Shown: positions 1 through 13,397, counted from the first letter of the stretch. The stretch: 64,000 nt of DNA from Octopus vulgaris (GCA_951406725.2 OX597818.1:18166001-18230000); one strand, 5' to 3'. Made by a program: numbers and translations. The notes: generated by a model from the sequence alone, not told the origin.

Positions 1-1536
1 TTGCAGATTACGAATCTGTATATAAAAAAAAAGTGAGGAAGGTGTCTCCCCTTCCCCGTTTTCTTTTTGCTGTTGACTTTTTTAATCGAAAAAAAATTTG
101 TTTAGATGTATATAACACATATTTTCGAAGACTCATAATCTCAGATATTTAAAACATAAATCGGGGGAAAAAAAGTTTTTCAAAAGAAAGTCAAAACTGA
201 AAAATTACGGAAAGTGTGGGACGACAGGGGGTGGGAGTGAGAATGCTCTAATCCGCCCTCTCAAAAAAAAAAAAAAAAAAGAAAAGAAAAATCTTCTCTT
301 GCAGAATTGTAAATCTACGATGTTTAATTTAAAGCGTATTCGAAGAAATCATGGCTTTTGGCGCACTAGATAATTTCTGACGTTATTCCATAGGAAAACT
401 CTTTAAGGGTAAAAGTGTTAGTAGCATTATATATTCAGGCACGTTAGTTCAATGCATAAGGCTTTTGTGCGCGCGCGTATATACATACGTACAGAGAAAA
501 TTGTTAGAACAGAGAATAAATAGTGTTCAAAACAACCGTGGTGGTTGTTGTGATGGTAGCGGTGACGTTAGGTATGGGAGAAAATAATTGTGAAAGTGAG
601 TGGTGGTGTAGAGACGAGACGGTTTTCCCATTTAATGTTCGCTACAAAACCAACCCAACACAATTACCGCATGTTATATACTTCCTATAACCACCCGAAC
701 CACTTTCTACAGCCACGTCGAACCACAGAAACCAATACAACCATCATCATCATCACCACCAACAACCACTACAACGATTAAAAACCGGAACACGCACCAC
801 CACCACTACAACACGTACCACGACTAATAACTTAACTACGCAGTGGAATTAATACCTGATTCATACATGAAATCGCTAACGTTGATTTCCTTAACTATGC
901 TCAACATGTATAGGACATCTATAGGGTTGTATCTAAACGTCCCTGCAAGATGAGATGGTGATACGGTTTCTATTTCCGAATAAAGCCAATTCTCTTCACT
1001 GAAATTATGTTTGTGAAACGCATATTACAACAACGCACAGAGTTAAAAATAAATCTTCCAGAAGGTGGGGGAAATGTGTTTATCGACCGACGTAAGTTGA
1101 GCGAATTCAAAGTTTTCGACCTGGTCACACCATCAAGCTAGAAAGAGCAGCTACTATATCTACCAGGAGATTACCACCCTAGATGTGATTCTCAATATTT
1201 TAACTAACAGAGGTGAAATAATAGTAATAGTTTCCGATTCAGGTACAAGGCCAACAATTCGAGGGGAAGAGTGTTAATCGATACCAATGATTACCACCTC
1301 TGGCTGGTACTCTATTTTATCGACCTCCGGAGTTGACTCCCCGGTGGGATTTGAATTTAGAATTTAATTAACCGAACAAATACAGCAAAGCATTTTCCCG
1401 ACGCTTTAGATTCTACCAGCAATTAAATAAAATAATAATGATAAATAACAATAACAAAAAAAACCTCACTCCCTTCGCACGAAAAGCTTAAAAACTTGTT
1501 CTAAAGTTATATTTTAGAAGAAAAAAAAAATATATA

Positions 1537-1757
1537 TGTTTATTACCCACAAGGGGCTAAACAGAGAGGACAACAAGGACAAACGAATTAAGTCGATTAC
1601 ATCGACCCCAGTGCGTAACTGGTACTTAATTTATCGACCCCAAAAGGATGAAAGCAAAGTCGACCTCGGCGGAATTTGAACTCAGAACGTAACGGCAGAC
1701 GAAATACGGCTACGCATTTCGCCAGGCGTGCTAACGATTCTGCCAGCTCGCCGCCTT
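1537..1757 (-). mobile_element. tRNA-derived SINE, family A (Meta/MESC-like central domain), near full length
   Basis: Minus strand reads AGGCGGCGAGCTGGCAGAATCGTTAGCACG...GAGTTCAAATTCC (B box)...GTCGACTTTGCTTTCATCCTTTTGGGGTCGATAAATTAAGTACCAG. About 20 related copies occur in the window. The domain name is from recall. Confidence 0.85.
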
Positions 1758-1764
1758 CCATATA

Positions 1765-2110
1765 TAGGCGCACAACCACATGGTTCCGGGTTCAGTCCCA
1801 CTGCGTGGCACCTTGGACAAGTGTCTTCTACTATAACCTCGGGTCGACCAAAGTGAGTGGATTTCGTATATATTTATGTGAATGTGTGTTTTTGTGCCTG
1901 TTTGTCCCCACCCCCTCACAGCTTGACAACCGGTGTTGGTGTACTTACGTCCCCGTAACTTAACGGTTAGGCAAAATAGACCGATAGCATAAGTACCAGG
2001 CTTTGAAAAAAAAAAGACTTGGGGTCGATTTGTTCGACTATAAGCCCTTCAAAGCGGTGCTCCAGCATGGCCGCAGTCAGATGACTGAAACAAACATAAG
2101 AATAAAAGAC
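1765..2110 (+). mobile_element. tRNA-derived CORE-type SINE, family B (octopus OR-like)
   Basis: GGTTCCGGGTTCAGTCCCACTGCGTGGCACCTTGGACAAGTGTCTTCT head/CORE start, an internal simple repeat, and a 3' half ending GCTCCAGCATGGCCGCAGTC..ATGACTGAAAC. About 10 copies in the window. Confidence 0.85.
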
Positions 2111-2478
2111 TATATATATATAAGCATGTCAGTATGGTAAGAAGTTTACTTCCCAACTGCATAACATCTGGAAACTGAAAGAAGCCCGTCAAATGTGTGT
2201 ACGTATGTATATAAGTGCGCGTGCTTTTACGTGTTTGTTCCCCACCACCTCTTGACAAATGGAGTTAATTTGTTTACGCTCGGTTCATTCCAATAATCCC
2301 CACGTAAAAGATAAAAAAACGTAAGAAAACATTGCAACTCACTGTAGAACTTCTACTGACCACCTGCTATATATACTTCTTTGAGTATTTATTCTCTATA
2401 AGTTACGTTTATGCATGGTTAAACTGGCAACATGACCATCCCTAAAACCAACAATCTCTATAAGTTGTATTGTATATA

Positions 2479-2993
2479 CCGTAAATCGTCGAGTATAGTC
2501 CGCCCTTGAGTATGATGCGCAGGGGACTTTTTAGGGGGCTGTACCTCCGAAAAACCTAAACCTTGTGTATACTACTCACCCCTTCTCTAACTTGAGTCAA
2601 GGAGGTCTATATAACGTCCTCGGTTTGTAAAAACGTATACGATAACGCCCTTTATTATTATTGTATATATAACATAAAGCAAATGTGTAGCTTTTTTGTG
2701 CATTTTGTTTGCAGAAAATAAAGAAATAACAGTTATAACGTTTAATAAATGTTGCTAACTGCAAGTTATGGATGATTCTTTTATGACTTCATTGCTTTCA
2801 GGCTTAGCTTAAGGGATTTTTTCGCGCCCGACATCACAAAATGCGTCTGAATAAACTTGCCGGACAGCTAATAGAGTCTCGGACATTGCTTAGAAAATAT
2901 TTTTCATTTTTAACCTCGTATATAGTACACACTAGGGATTTTGGCCTTTAAATTTTGGGGAAAAATATGCGGATTATACTCGAGGATTTACGG
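2479..2993. mobile_element. Non-autonomous Tc1/mariner/pogo (Tigger-like) DNA transposon
   Basis: TIRs CCGTAAATCGTCGAGTATAGTCCGC / GCGGATTATACTCGAGGATTTACGG with TA on both sides (2477-2478, 2994-2995). Confidence 0.85.
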
Positions 2994-3264
2994 TATGTCA
3001 TAATCTGACTTGATACTTATCGTCTGTCTATTTTTGTTGTTCTGTTACAGAAATGGCTCGGTTTAAATGCTGATCGGTTTAAAATCTTAAGCTACAGTGG
3101 TTGCCAGAATAAGATGACCAATATGGAAAATGAGAAAATGAAGAAATCAACAAAGAACTGGGGGAAAAAAGTTTTCAAATTTTGGCACAAGGCCAGCATT
3201 TTCATCGATCCCAGAGCTCAATTGGTACTTATTTTATTGATCCCGAAAGGATGAAAGGTAAAGT

Positions 3265-3533
3265 GGCAATCTTACGGTTCTAGTATATTTTACGTCAAAT
3301 GACCATGTTTATTTGTTTATATATGATCGTCGATTTCCGTAAAAAACTTTTATTTTTTTACATTTATTTTGTAACCTAACCCTAACCCCAAAGATCTTAT
3401 TCCACCCCCCCAACCCCATATGTAAAAAAAAAAAATGTAAAAAAATAAAAGTTTTTTACGGAAATCGACGATCATATATAAACAAATACACGTGGTCAGT
3501 TGACGTAAAATATACTAGAACCGTAAGATTGCC
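3265..3533. mobile_element. Palindromic MITE with GG...CC ends and 8-bp TSD (Merlin- or MULE-like), inserted in a family A SINE
   Basis: ~100-bp near-perfect TIRs starting GGCAATCTTACGGTTCTAG. TSD GGTAAAGT at 3257-3264 and 3534-3541. The spacer contains CCTAACCCTAACCC. Confidence 0.9.
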
Positions 3534-3809
3534 GGTAAAGTCGACCTCGGCGAATAAAACAACAGCGGAGTTTTGGAATGTCTTTCGGAGACCCAAACTC
3601 ATGGGAAAACGAAAAGGGTACGGAAGTGGTGTAGGATGAACAAAATGCAAAAAAGTCTTTTTGGAGAATTTCCGTTGTATGAAGTACAAGTACCTAAGAA
3701 AAAGAAAGAAAGAAAAAGGAAAGCGAGGGAGAAAATACCGTTCTCCTTTCTTGGTAGTGACTCGAAGAATAGCTATTCCAAAACCTTAAAAAACTAACGT
3801 AAGAATACA

Positions 3810-3995
3810 GGTTTCAAATTTCAAATTTTAGCGTAAGGCCAGTTCGGCGGAGGAGGTGAGTCGATTACATCGACCCCGGTGCTTAATTGATACTTATTTT
3901 ATCAACCCGAGAAGATGAAAGGCAAAGTCGACCTCGAAAGAGTTTGAAACTCAGAAGGTAAAGACGGACGAAATGCCTTTAAACACTTTGTCCGG
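3810..3995 (-). mobile_element. Family A SINE, degenerate
   Basis: GTCGATTACATCGACCCC...GATGAAAGGCAAAGTCGACCTCG motif, shared with 1537-1757. Confidence 0.75.
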
Positions 3996-4325
3996 AATAA
4001 GTGTTAAGATTATAGGAAAAAAGACTAGAGAGCCGGCATTAGTCGATTAAATCGTTTCTCATTACTTGACTGATACTTTATATATATATTAGAAATAAAG
4101 TTAAGTTGGCCTTGGCAGGATTTTAACTCAAAATGTAAATAATCGCAAAACCCGCTGGAACTTCATACAAACACAAACACTGCAAGTTTAATTGGTAACG
4201 CAGCCGGGTCTTTTATTATGATTCCATTTACACCAAGCATGTTTTATATGAATGTCAATTAAGTCAACTACAATACTTGTCAGCTGTTGCACGATTTTAT
4301 AGACGCTGGAAGTGGTTGGTGAGCG

Positions 4326-4581
4326 AATTGCCAAACCATTTTACACAGCAAAGCACCGTCTTCATATCGTAGATCCCAATGATGCAGCAATTACATTCGA
4401 ACACAATAGAAGAGATACGAAAATTTCATCGAAATAAAACGCTGTATCATGCAAGGAACTTTTGGTAATTCTTTTCTCAACTTAGAAGTGCTAGTTTACC
4501 AAGCATCATTATCAAAGATAAGATATTGGCGATCTTACTATAAAAATGAAGATTGATTTACCGTGTAATGGTTTGGCAATT
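4326..4581. mobile_element. Old MITE-like inverted-repeat element
   Basis: AATTGCCAAACCATT..ACAC (4326) mirrors GTGTAATGGTTTGGCAATT (ending 4581). The degenerate arms are ~55 bp. Confidence 0.6.
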
Positions 4582-4966
4582 GTTTTGTTTTTCACTGAGT
4601 TGTCCATCGCTTATGTACATAAAAGGAAAGATCGTCCGATGAAGAAAAGCCATGAGGATTTTAACTCAGAGCGTGAATAGTTGTAACTAAATACTGTGAA
4701 CACTTTTTCATGATTATCTCCACAGAATTCGTGCAATTCAAATTTTGTTCGTCAACGAACCTGTACTTTGAGTTTCAAATTAGTGAACAACGTTGTTTGT
4801 CGTTATTCTTTCGTTTTATAATAAACGAAATGAAAACAGAAAATACTATCAGTAATGATTATTAAAAAGCTGAGATTTTGAAAGAAAAATTGAGGAAAAG
4901 GGTGTTAGCTACATGGATTTTCACGCCATTATTTTATGATCACAAACTGAAAGAATGGCTGGCTGG

Positions 4967-5011
<45 letters not shown>

Positions 5012-5072
5012 TACACATATACATACACACCTACACCTACGAACATATACATCACGTAAGACGGCCATAGTC

Positions 5073-5109
<37 letters not shown>

Positions 5110-5174
5110 ATATATGTAGATATATATATATATATATACCTATATATATACACACACACGTACGTATATATATG

Positions 5175-5207
<33 letters not shown>

Positions 5208-5991
5208 GAAAAGAGACAGGAGCAGAGATCACTGGCAGGTCCTCACATCTGGACGAAGTCACGCAGAAGGCCTGTTACTACTTCTCCGTCATTTATCTAT
5301 TCCCAATACTGCTTTACAAAATTATATCATTGATCTAATTTCCACTCAGTTACACACATACACTATACACGCGATAAACAAAGATCGCACAAGGCGAAAT
5401 ATATAGGCGTCTGAGCAGTAAACTGTCTGACAGTAACGCCTCATATCAACTGTGATCCAACAGCTCTGTGATCTAAGGGTTTTTTTTGTTTTTTTTTAAT
5501 TATTATTCATACAGTGTATGTAATCTTGAACTACAGTAAGCAATGGGTCTAAGTCTTTCTTTTAAGACAGTAGGGTGTCGTATGAAACAGATCCGGCAGT
5601 ATTTTCTAGTGCAATTTCTCTTCGTTTCCTCGGCGTACTGAAGATTTAAAAGAATGATGAAAAAATCCTTTCCAACTTCGCATGGTAAATAATAATAAAG
5701 CGTATTTGAAAAAGGTAGTAATCTCTCTTCCTCTCTTTCATATATATATATATATACCGGAGTAAACACATAAATGTGAAACAAGGTGGAAAAAAGAGTA
5801 CTCAAATACCAGGGGTAGAGTAATATGCTTTATTTAAAAGCTGCCAGTTGAAGGACTAAGTAGAGGCTCCATCGCTGGTGGTATAAATTCAGTAACACGT
5901 ACCGGTGATAAACTTAATACTACTATCAGCGAGAGGAAACCTCATTTATTTTTCATTTGCTTCAGTTCACGGTAATGTACAGATAAGAACA

Positions 5992-6044
<53 letters not shown>

Positions 6045-6234
6045 CTAGCAGAGATACCTGGCGTTGCCCGGTTACATTCAATTGAAGAATTAGACTTTTC
6101 TGTTATATATATATGGATACACACACACACACACATATATACGTATATTAATATAAATACATGAAAGTACATGAAGTTTGTTAAAAAAAAGGGGGATCGT
6201 GTATATACCTCCTGGCTGTTGAGATTATAACACC

Positions 6235-6750
6235 TCGTTGTAAACAATGTTCCTTGTGGAGCATATACAAAAAGGTTTCTTTTGGTTCCTACTCTTGAGC
6301 AGCCAACATACAGTTGCCCATGCAAGAAGCAGGACTCTTCCGAGAGAAGACCAGCTACAGAGAGGGTTTGACCCTGAGATTTGTTAATGGACATGGCAAA
6401 GCTGACACGAAGGGGGAATTGCAGTCTTCTGAATGTAAATGAAATTTCTGCTCCTGATGGAGTAAGAGGAATTCTTGGAATTTCTGCTCCTGATGGAGTA
6501 AGAGGAATTCTTGGAATAAAGATGTCATCACCTTTTCCACATCCAGAAAGAATGATCGCCTCGATAACGTGTGACATCATTTTCTTTATCACCAGTAGTG
6601 TTCCATTGCAAAGTCTTGTTGGTTCCAGATTGCGGAGTAGCATTACAGGAGTTCCAACTTTAAGTGCTAATATGTGTGGAGGTAGTCCAGGAGGCTCTAG
6701 TGAATTGAGAAATTCAGGAGGATAGTTCACAACTTCATTTATATCTGGAA
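6235..6750 (-). pseudogene. Helitron PIF1-family helicase, C-terminal part
   Basis: [68 protein letters not shown] are PIF1/Helitron helicase motifs V-VI. Confidence 0.93.
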
Positions 6751-7880
6751 CTAGCAGCATAGTCCGGCGTTGCCAGGGTATGTAAGAGCCTCTAGTAGGC
6801 AACGACTAATCCCAATCTAGTCCTTTCCCTCTGGGGAACGAAGGCGCATGTGTAGGTTGCAATATCTTATCTTCACTCCCAAATAACTATCAAACAGCTA
6901 TCGATAATTCAACCCAACCAATTCCTACCAGGAAGAAATTACCCCCAACACCGCCACTTCTGCTAGTAGCTGCTGCAGCCGCCAGTTATTCGAATACTTT
7001 AACTTTCTTTATAACTACCACCCCAAACGTTTTACCTTAAATTTTTGACGTACCCTAAGGGTCCTCGGACGCTACTTGCAAACTCTTGGTTTATTATAAA
7101 CCGCTTTTGTCGTGTGCACCAAAAAACCTTTTCCATTCGTTTGTTCAGTTTGGTCACTTTTGACTTTTTCGTTGTTGTCACTCACATTGCTGCCCGCTTT
7201 TTTGCCGTTTTTGTACATTTTTATACATTTTGGGATACTTACCCTACGTGTTCCGAGAGTTAAAAAGGTCGAGTTGCCTCCCCTAGACAGTCTGTGGTTT
7301 GTGTTTAATACACAAATCGGTTTGCTATGTGTGCCACATATGATTTAATTAACCGATTTTTTCCAATAATAAAGTATCCTATTGGAATAAAAAGGGCCAT
7401 ATAGCTCCTTGGAGCAGACATGATATTCGCTGTGAATTTTAAAAAAATTCCTGCCAATTTGTGAAAGATATTGTCGAAAATATGTCATCTTGAATTTGAA
7501 CGCGATTTCCCAAAATGGCATGATTTTATCGATTTTTTCTGATGGTAGGGTATTGCATGGAAAACTAACGTCAGAATTAAGTTTCTTAGGGTAACATTAA
7601 GCTTCACCATGAGTTTGGTGAAAATCGATTGCAAGTTGTGAAAACTACAACAGAAAATGTGTTGCATATAAAAAGCTTAGATTTTCGACCCCATGTCGAA
7701 TTTACCGATTTTTTTCAGAACTGAGGGAACTTTTCAAAATTTTCGCTGCGTTAGTTTTGAATTATGACATTGGGCTATGTGTGTGTTAAGTTTCATCAGA
7801 ATCGGTTGAAAGCCGTGGTCAGGGTGAGGGTACAACCTGACAGACACACAGACAGACAAACTGCCGTTTATATAGAGAGA
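6751..7880 (-). mobile_element. Non-autonomous Helitron nested in the helicase gene
   Basis: 5' TCTCTCTATATAAACGGCAG at 7880, 3' hairpin CCCTGGCAACGCCGG + CTAG at 6751. Helicase coding sequence resumes on both sides (..YKSVDT | [11 protein letters not shown]..). Confidence 0.9.
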
Positions 7881-9770
7881 CTTGTATCAACAGACTTGTA
7901 AGTGTGTATAGTGCCGGGAAGAGAATGCATTAGCTGTTGATTAATTTTGTTAACAGCGACGTTTTTTGGAGTTAATATTGCTCTTTCACATAGCCAATTG
8001 TGATTTTGGTAGTTTTTTGTGAAGTTGGGAAAGACTTTGTTTTTGAGGTCATCTACAGAATTAACAACAGAGGAAAATTACCACACTTCCATTTGTCCTG
8101 CAGCATCGAGAGGCATCTTGCCTTCACCAAGTGTCAAAATGTCCTGTGCAAACTTTGTGGACATTTTGTCGCTGTGTAGCTGAGCTCTCATGTTAGTGGT
8201 GAGACTGAGGATTGTAACATGATGCCACAGGGTAGAGGACTTTAGGCATGCTTGGACTTCATCTGCTCTAGTGCCTTTCGGAATGACAGGAAGAGTTTGC
8301 CTGAAATCACCTCCCATTGGAGCCTGACAGTCTTGGATGTCTTTCAGGGCTCTATCTAATGCTTCCAAAGCTCCCCTGTGAGCCATAGTGCACTCATCCC
8401 AGACAATTAGATGACACATTTTAAGTATTTGTCCCTGATCTGAGCTTTTGTTGATGTTGCATGAAGGCATTTTGGATGCTGCTAAATTGAGAGGGAGTTT
8501 AAAAGTTGAGTGTGCTGTCCTGCCACCGGGTAACAAAGGTAGCTGCAATGACAGAGGAGGCTACAGCTACTGCAATGTCCTGATGCTGCCTAACTTCTGC
8601 AAGGAGAAGCTTTGTAATAAATGTTTTTCCTGTCCCTCCAGGAGCATCGAGGAAGAAGATTCGTCCCTTGCGTTGGCGTACACTGTTAAGAATAGTTCTG
8701 TAGGCCTGCAGCTGGCCCGGAAGTAATTTAGGCTCATTTTCAACAATGTACTTTGAAAGCGCTTGAGTGTCGTAGGTTGTTTCACGAATGACAGCACTGG
8801 GAAGGCTATTTGACCCTGACCTGAATCCTCGTGGCAGGCCATACGTCGACAATTCATTTCCACCCAGTTTAGCAATTCTGTCTTCAATGTCAATGAGTCT
8901 TTTGTTATAGATTTCATCGCTGATACCCTCCATGTCAAGATAGAGCAGTTGAGCTTGGCGCTGAAAGTCTTCAGCCAGGTTGTCTCTATATTTGAGCCAT
9001 AGAGTGGCCGGATCACACAGTTAGCATGCCTGTAGTAATACTGCAAATAGTGCCCTGAGACTTTTAGGTGATTATGATAAAGCAGCCTCTCCTAAAGTTG
9101 CATCCCGTTGTGCACCATCTTCTAACAGACTTTGTCGATAGCAGGCTTCTGTGTATGTTGTGCAGACATGTCCATGAACGGTTTTTAGGGCCTGGAAAGA
9201 CGTTGGCCCTCTGACCTCATGCAGTAGTAGACGAAGGTAGAAGCACTCTTGTTGAGTGGGATGCACTGTGTATACTCGCCCAAGGCAAGTGTGAAACTTA
9301 ATGCCAGGGTATCCATGAACATTTTGACCTGCTTTCCGTGGGGCCCACTTTTTTCCATTCCAAATGTAGTACGATGGAATCTGTGGATACAGCAAGGTTT
9401 GAGCGAATGGATCCACTTGACAAAGCTTGAAGAATGCAGTGAGTGTGCTATCCTTTGGTTCCTCTGTCAACAGAGAAGTATTAGTATCGGTGAAGTACAC
9501 TCTTTGACCATTTTCCAGGTGCACTGCAAGCTGTTGAATGGCGGTGTGTCGTTGGTGAATTAGAAAGCCAAAGATGCGCCAGAAAGCCTCGTTGCTACTT
9601 ATGTACCGTCCCACCTGATAATGCGTCACCTCATCCTAGCAGTATTCTTGTTGAAGTCCAAACATTGCAGCGACAGAACCCTTGTTTACATATTTGCAAA
9701 CGTACTTGATGAATTTAACGGAGTTGCAAAACTCAACGTTGTTGTGGGCATTGAAAGTCTGCTGCAGCGA
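7881..9770 (-). pseudogene. Helitron Rep (motif 3) plus helicase N-terminal part, frameshifted
   Basis: FNAHNNVEFCNSVKFIKYVCKYVNKG (Rep YxxKY, ~9680-9760), GRYISSNEAFWRIF..LAVHLENGQRVYF, FFLDAPGGTGKTF (Walker A), GGRTAHSTFKLP, LIVWDECTM, GGDFRQTLPVIP and ERAILTPKN, spread over several frames. Confidence 0.93.
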
Positions 9771-10592
9771 ACTTTCTTCTATCGAAGGCATTCTAACAAA
9801 AATGTTTTCGTAAAGACGGTGAAAATATTATCAATTTCCCCAAACAGGGACACAATTCAATTTTTAAAGAATAACCAAAGCCCCTTCTCCAAAGGGGGAG
9901 AGTTACGGTTTACAATTATTTAACAAATGCAACACTACAACGTTTCCCTTACGAGGAACCAACAAACGTGATTTACAATAGTCAAACAGTAATAATAATA
10001 ATAACAAACCTTTTTAATTTATCCCCATTTATGTGAAACCACTTATTCAAGTTCAAATCATTGATGCAGTTTTATACGAATTGCTAATGCACACACACAT
10101 AATAAGGGTGAAAAATTGAATATTAATTTGATTAATAGGAATTGAAAACCAGTGGTGTAGCATATAAGACCATAGAGGATCTTCTAGCAAAATGGATGAC
10201 CACTGTTAATGGTCCATCCCTGTTATATAATACTTTCACTTTAATAGTTTCAGTATTAAAGTGAAAGTGTCTGCATTACAAAGAGAGAAGCTTTTGTTTC
10301 ACTTTTAACACGTAATACTGAAATAGTGGAGAAGATATATAGCTGTGGGGTCGCCCTAGGCAAAAAGTTAAAATTTATTTTGCTGATGACACCCCGGACC
10401 TTAAGTAAGGCATGTGTAAAATTTGAATGAAATTGGTTGTGTAGTTCTCAAGTTTTAGGGAAACACACAGACATACACACACACATCCTCAGTTTTATAT
10501 ATATATATATATATATATACACAAATATATATATTTCAGAATGAGATAAAAAAAAAACAAGGCTGTGAAGATTTTAGAACATTTATAAATAG

Positions 10593-10640
10593 GTCTTACA
10601 GCTGTTTCCGAGATATTTTTTATATTCCTTCATCGGAGAC
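10593..10640 (-). ncRNA. Degenerate minimal type I hammerhead ribozyme (Penelope-like element relic)
   Basis: Minus strand: GTCT-CCGATGA-A-GGAATAT..ATATCTCG-GAAA-CAGCTG-TA-AGAC. Stem I is GTCT/AGAC and stem III is the palindrome ACAGCTGT. The core has CCGA instead of CUGA. Confidence 0.6.
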
Positions 10641-10793
10641 GGTGTGAGAAAATGGTTAAGCAATAGTTAATTTCGATAAAATATGAAATAGAAAGTAAAG
10701 TGGAGGAATGAAAATAGATGTGAGCATTACCTGACACCTTTGACACCATTAGCTCTCATAACCCCGTATATTGACACCATTAGCTTTTATGAC

Positions 10794-10828
<35 letters not shown>

Positions 10829-10832
<4 letters not shown>

Positions 10833-10942
10833 CCTGCTCGCTTAGCCAGCGGGGTGGCGTCATTTGAAGGCTAAAACAATGCGAATCGCATTGTGACCAG
10901 CGATGTGTAGCAACATCTGATAGCCTGGTCGATCATAGTGAT
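10829..10942 (+). repeat. SINE/LINE 3' tail fragment between TA and GA microsatellites
   Basis: GC-richer 110-bp block TGGCCTGCTCGCTTAGCCAGCGGGGTGGCG...GTGAT embedded in simple repeats. The tail assignment is from recall. Confidence 0.45.
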
Positions 10943-11011
<69 letters not shown>

Positions 11012-13397
11012 AAATGAAAATTCTTGGAAAGAACAAGATCAGAAATCCCAAAAGAATAAATACGAGATGAAAGTTAAAAGTTAATTTATAGAGCGACTAC
11101 TTAAATAAAATTTAATGTTTAAATCATGTTATATATTGTGAAGAGTGTATGTGTGTGTGTGTGTATGACTTGTGTGTGCGCGCGCGCCTAGAAATTCTCC
11201 AAATAGAGCCAACTGATTCGCATTCTCCAAATAGAATCGATTGCAATTGCAATCAAATTTTGTAAAACATTCCAGAGATTGTCCATTTGAGGTTCTTGAG
11301 CTGAACACATAAACACAATCATATGTATATATAAAATACACATACATGGACAGCACACTCACAAGATGAGAGCAAGTTTATCCACACGCACATCAACTGA
11401 TTAAGATGAGAAACCCTATGTTATAAAAAAAAAACCAAAAAAACTTTGCCACCATTAGTTTGAGACTGGCTTGCATTCTGCAAGCGGCAAAATATATCCC
11501 CAAGAAATGCAGACATATAGACAAGTGTAAACATAGATTAAATACACACATACACAATGTATAGCCCAGGGTCAGCTCTGATTCCTAAGTCCCTATCGTA
11601 TGCGGGTAGTCGACCGAAAGACGGGAAGTGATCGACAAATCCAACTACCCAGTTATACGATATCCATGCTAACGACCATACTGTACACAACAACGGGCCG
11701 TGATAAAAGAGTATGACGTGCAATAGTGCAACTATACATATATAGTTACGAGTTCAGTCACAGTACGATAGCCTTAGGCCAACCAAAGCCTTGTGAGTGA
11801 ATTTAGTAGACATGTTCATTTGTGAAGACATTATCATATTCATAGGATTTTGTTTAAGATTATTCGTAATATCTATGAATCTTGAGGTTGCCTATATCAT
11901 TCTGCATGTATAACCGTTCTATAGGATTACACTGGAAGATGGGGGAATAACAAGTGGTAGCAGTCAACAAGAAGAAACATAGGAGCTTTTAAGATCACAT
12001 TCTGAGGCATTTGCCCAAAAGAAATTAAATGTGTGTTTAATATATATATACTGTAAGCAACAATATTGTATAAGCTTAAAGCTTATAAGCGATCACCGTG
12101 CACTGACTAAAGAAAATAGTCTGAGGCATATAAGTCCTCGACGGAAATTTTAAAAAAAAACAAAAAAAAAAACAGGTTTTCCGTACGCGTGAGACTTGAA
12201 TCCACAATATATATTCGCGACAAGTGTGCTACCACACACAGGTGATGTTAGAGTAACCATTCACACACACACGTTCATACATACACCGTGCATCAGTCTG
12301 CTCAAAAACAAACATATACTGTAAAGTACTTATAAGGTCTTACATTTGATAGCATTATAGGGCATATTGGGCGAGTATGACTTTTCAAACGAAGCCTTTG
12401 GTAGGCAGAAACATGGACGAACTTTTATTCGTAGCTCGACGTCACGCTGATTCTCGAGAATTAACTTCAACAAGAATGTTTGTGGGTTATTCAGTCACAC
12501 GTCAATTCAATGAACAGGCCATTTTGTTGATCGAACAATTGCAAGACTTTTTGCTAAAACCGACAGAAATACTTTTGAATAATAGGTAACCTTAAAGCAA
12601 AGCGGCGTGAATTAATATGAAACCGACAATAATGTATAAAAATAACTCCGCTATTCTGAGTCACCGAAACGAAGAAGTAAATGTTTAAAAATAGGTTTGT
12701 TATTATAATTATGAAGTTATTATATATTACTGATTTCATTTAAGTTATAAAGCCGAGCATTGTTGAAAAAATAAGATGTATTTTAAAAGAGGGTAACTCA
12801 ATTCGAAAAGCTAACTAAAATGTGTTTTATTGGGAGATGAATTTTGTGAATAAAGATGTATACCTGTCACAACAAGAATTAAATATATATTACAAGATGT
12901 AATGATGTAGAACAGTCAAGATAAATTTCGAAACTATGTAATTTCCTGGCTGTCGTTTTTATTTCATCATGCCAGAAGCCAAATAAGTTATTTTGGTACA
13001 ATTCTCCATTATTGTTGATTCCATTTTAATTGACACTGCTTTCGTTAAAGATAGCCGTGTGAGTATGCGTTTGTGTATGTGTGTATGTAGACAAAGAAAT
13101 AAAGAAAGATATAGAGATATATTAAACAATATTACATATCCGGATCTATAGTTTTAATATAATAAATAATACATAATGTCGCACCAAGAAGAGCATTTTT
13201 CTTCTGTTAGTTCCTGATTCAAAGAACTCCAGATTTTGTTAGTTTGACAAACCACTAAGACATCAGATATAGTTGTTCCTGATTTGTACAGTAGATTGCT
13301 TCCGCAAGTCGTAGTGTAAATCGAAATCGTGTAAGTCAAGTGAGATGCGATTTTACTGATACTGTCTGCAGACAGCAGAATTTAAACAGTTATTGAA

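Larger units (their letters stand above)
6045..10505 (-). mobile_element. Decayed, internally deleted autonomous-type Helitron
   Basis: The 3' end (minus strand) is hairpin CCGGGCAACGCCAGG + CTAG|T at 6045. RepHel remnants lie inside. A probable 5' end (TATATAAAACTGAGG...) merges into a TA run near 10500, so that boundary is approximate. Confidence 0.85.

Noticed and set aside
4878-5406. ORFs of 104-151 aa rich in YI/HT/CV/ER repeats
   Set aside because: They are translations of (TA)n, (CA)n and (GA)n microsatellites, which lack stop codons.
5942-6802. 286-aa ORF as an intact host PIF1 helicase gene
   Set aside because: Its N-terminus comes from the nested Helitron end and its C-terminus runs into microsatellite. 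It is a fragment of a broken RepHel.
11593-11661. Small hairpin (TATCGTAT..GGGTAGT / ACTACCC..ATACGATA) as a pre-miRNA
   Set aside because: The stem is short and gapped, so a tiny MITE relic is more likely. It cannot be supported from sequence alone.
12377-12589. 70-aa ORF in non-repetitive sequence as a host exon
   Set aside because: No recognisable domain and no convincing splice context.
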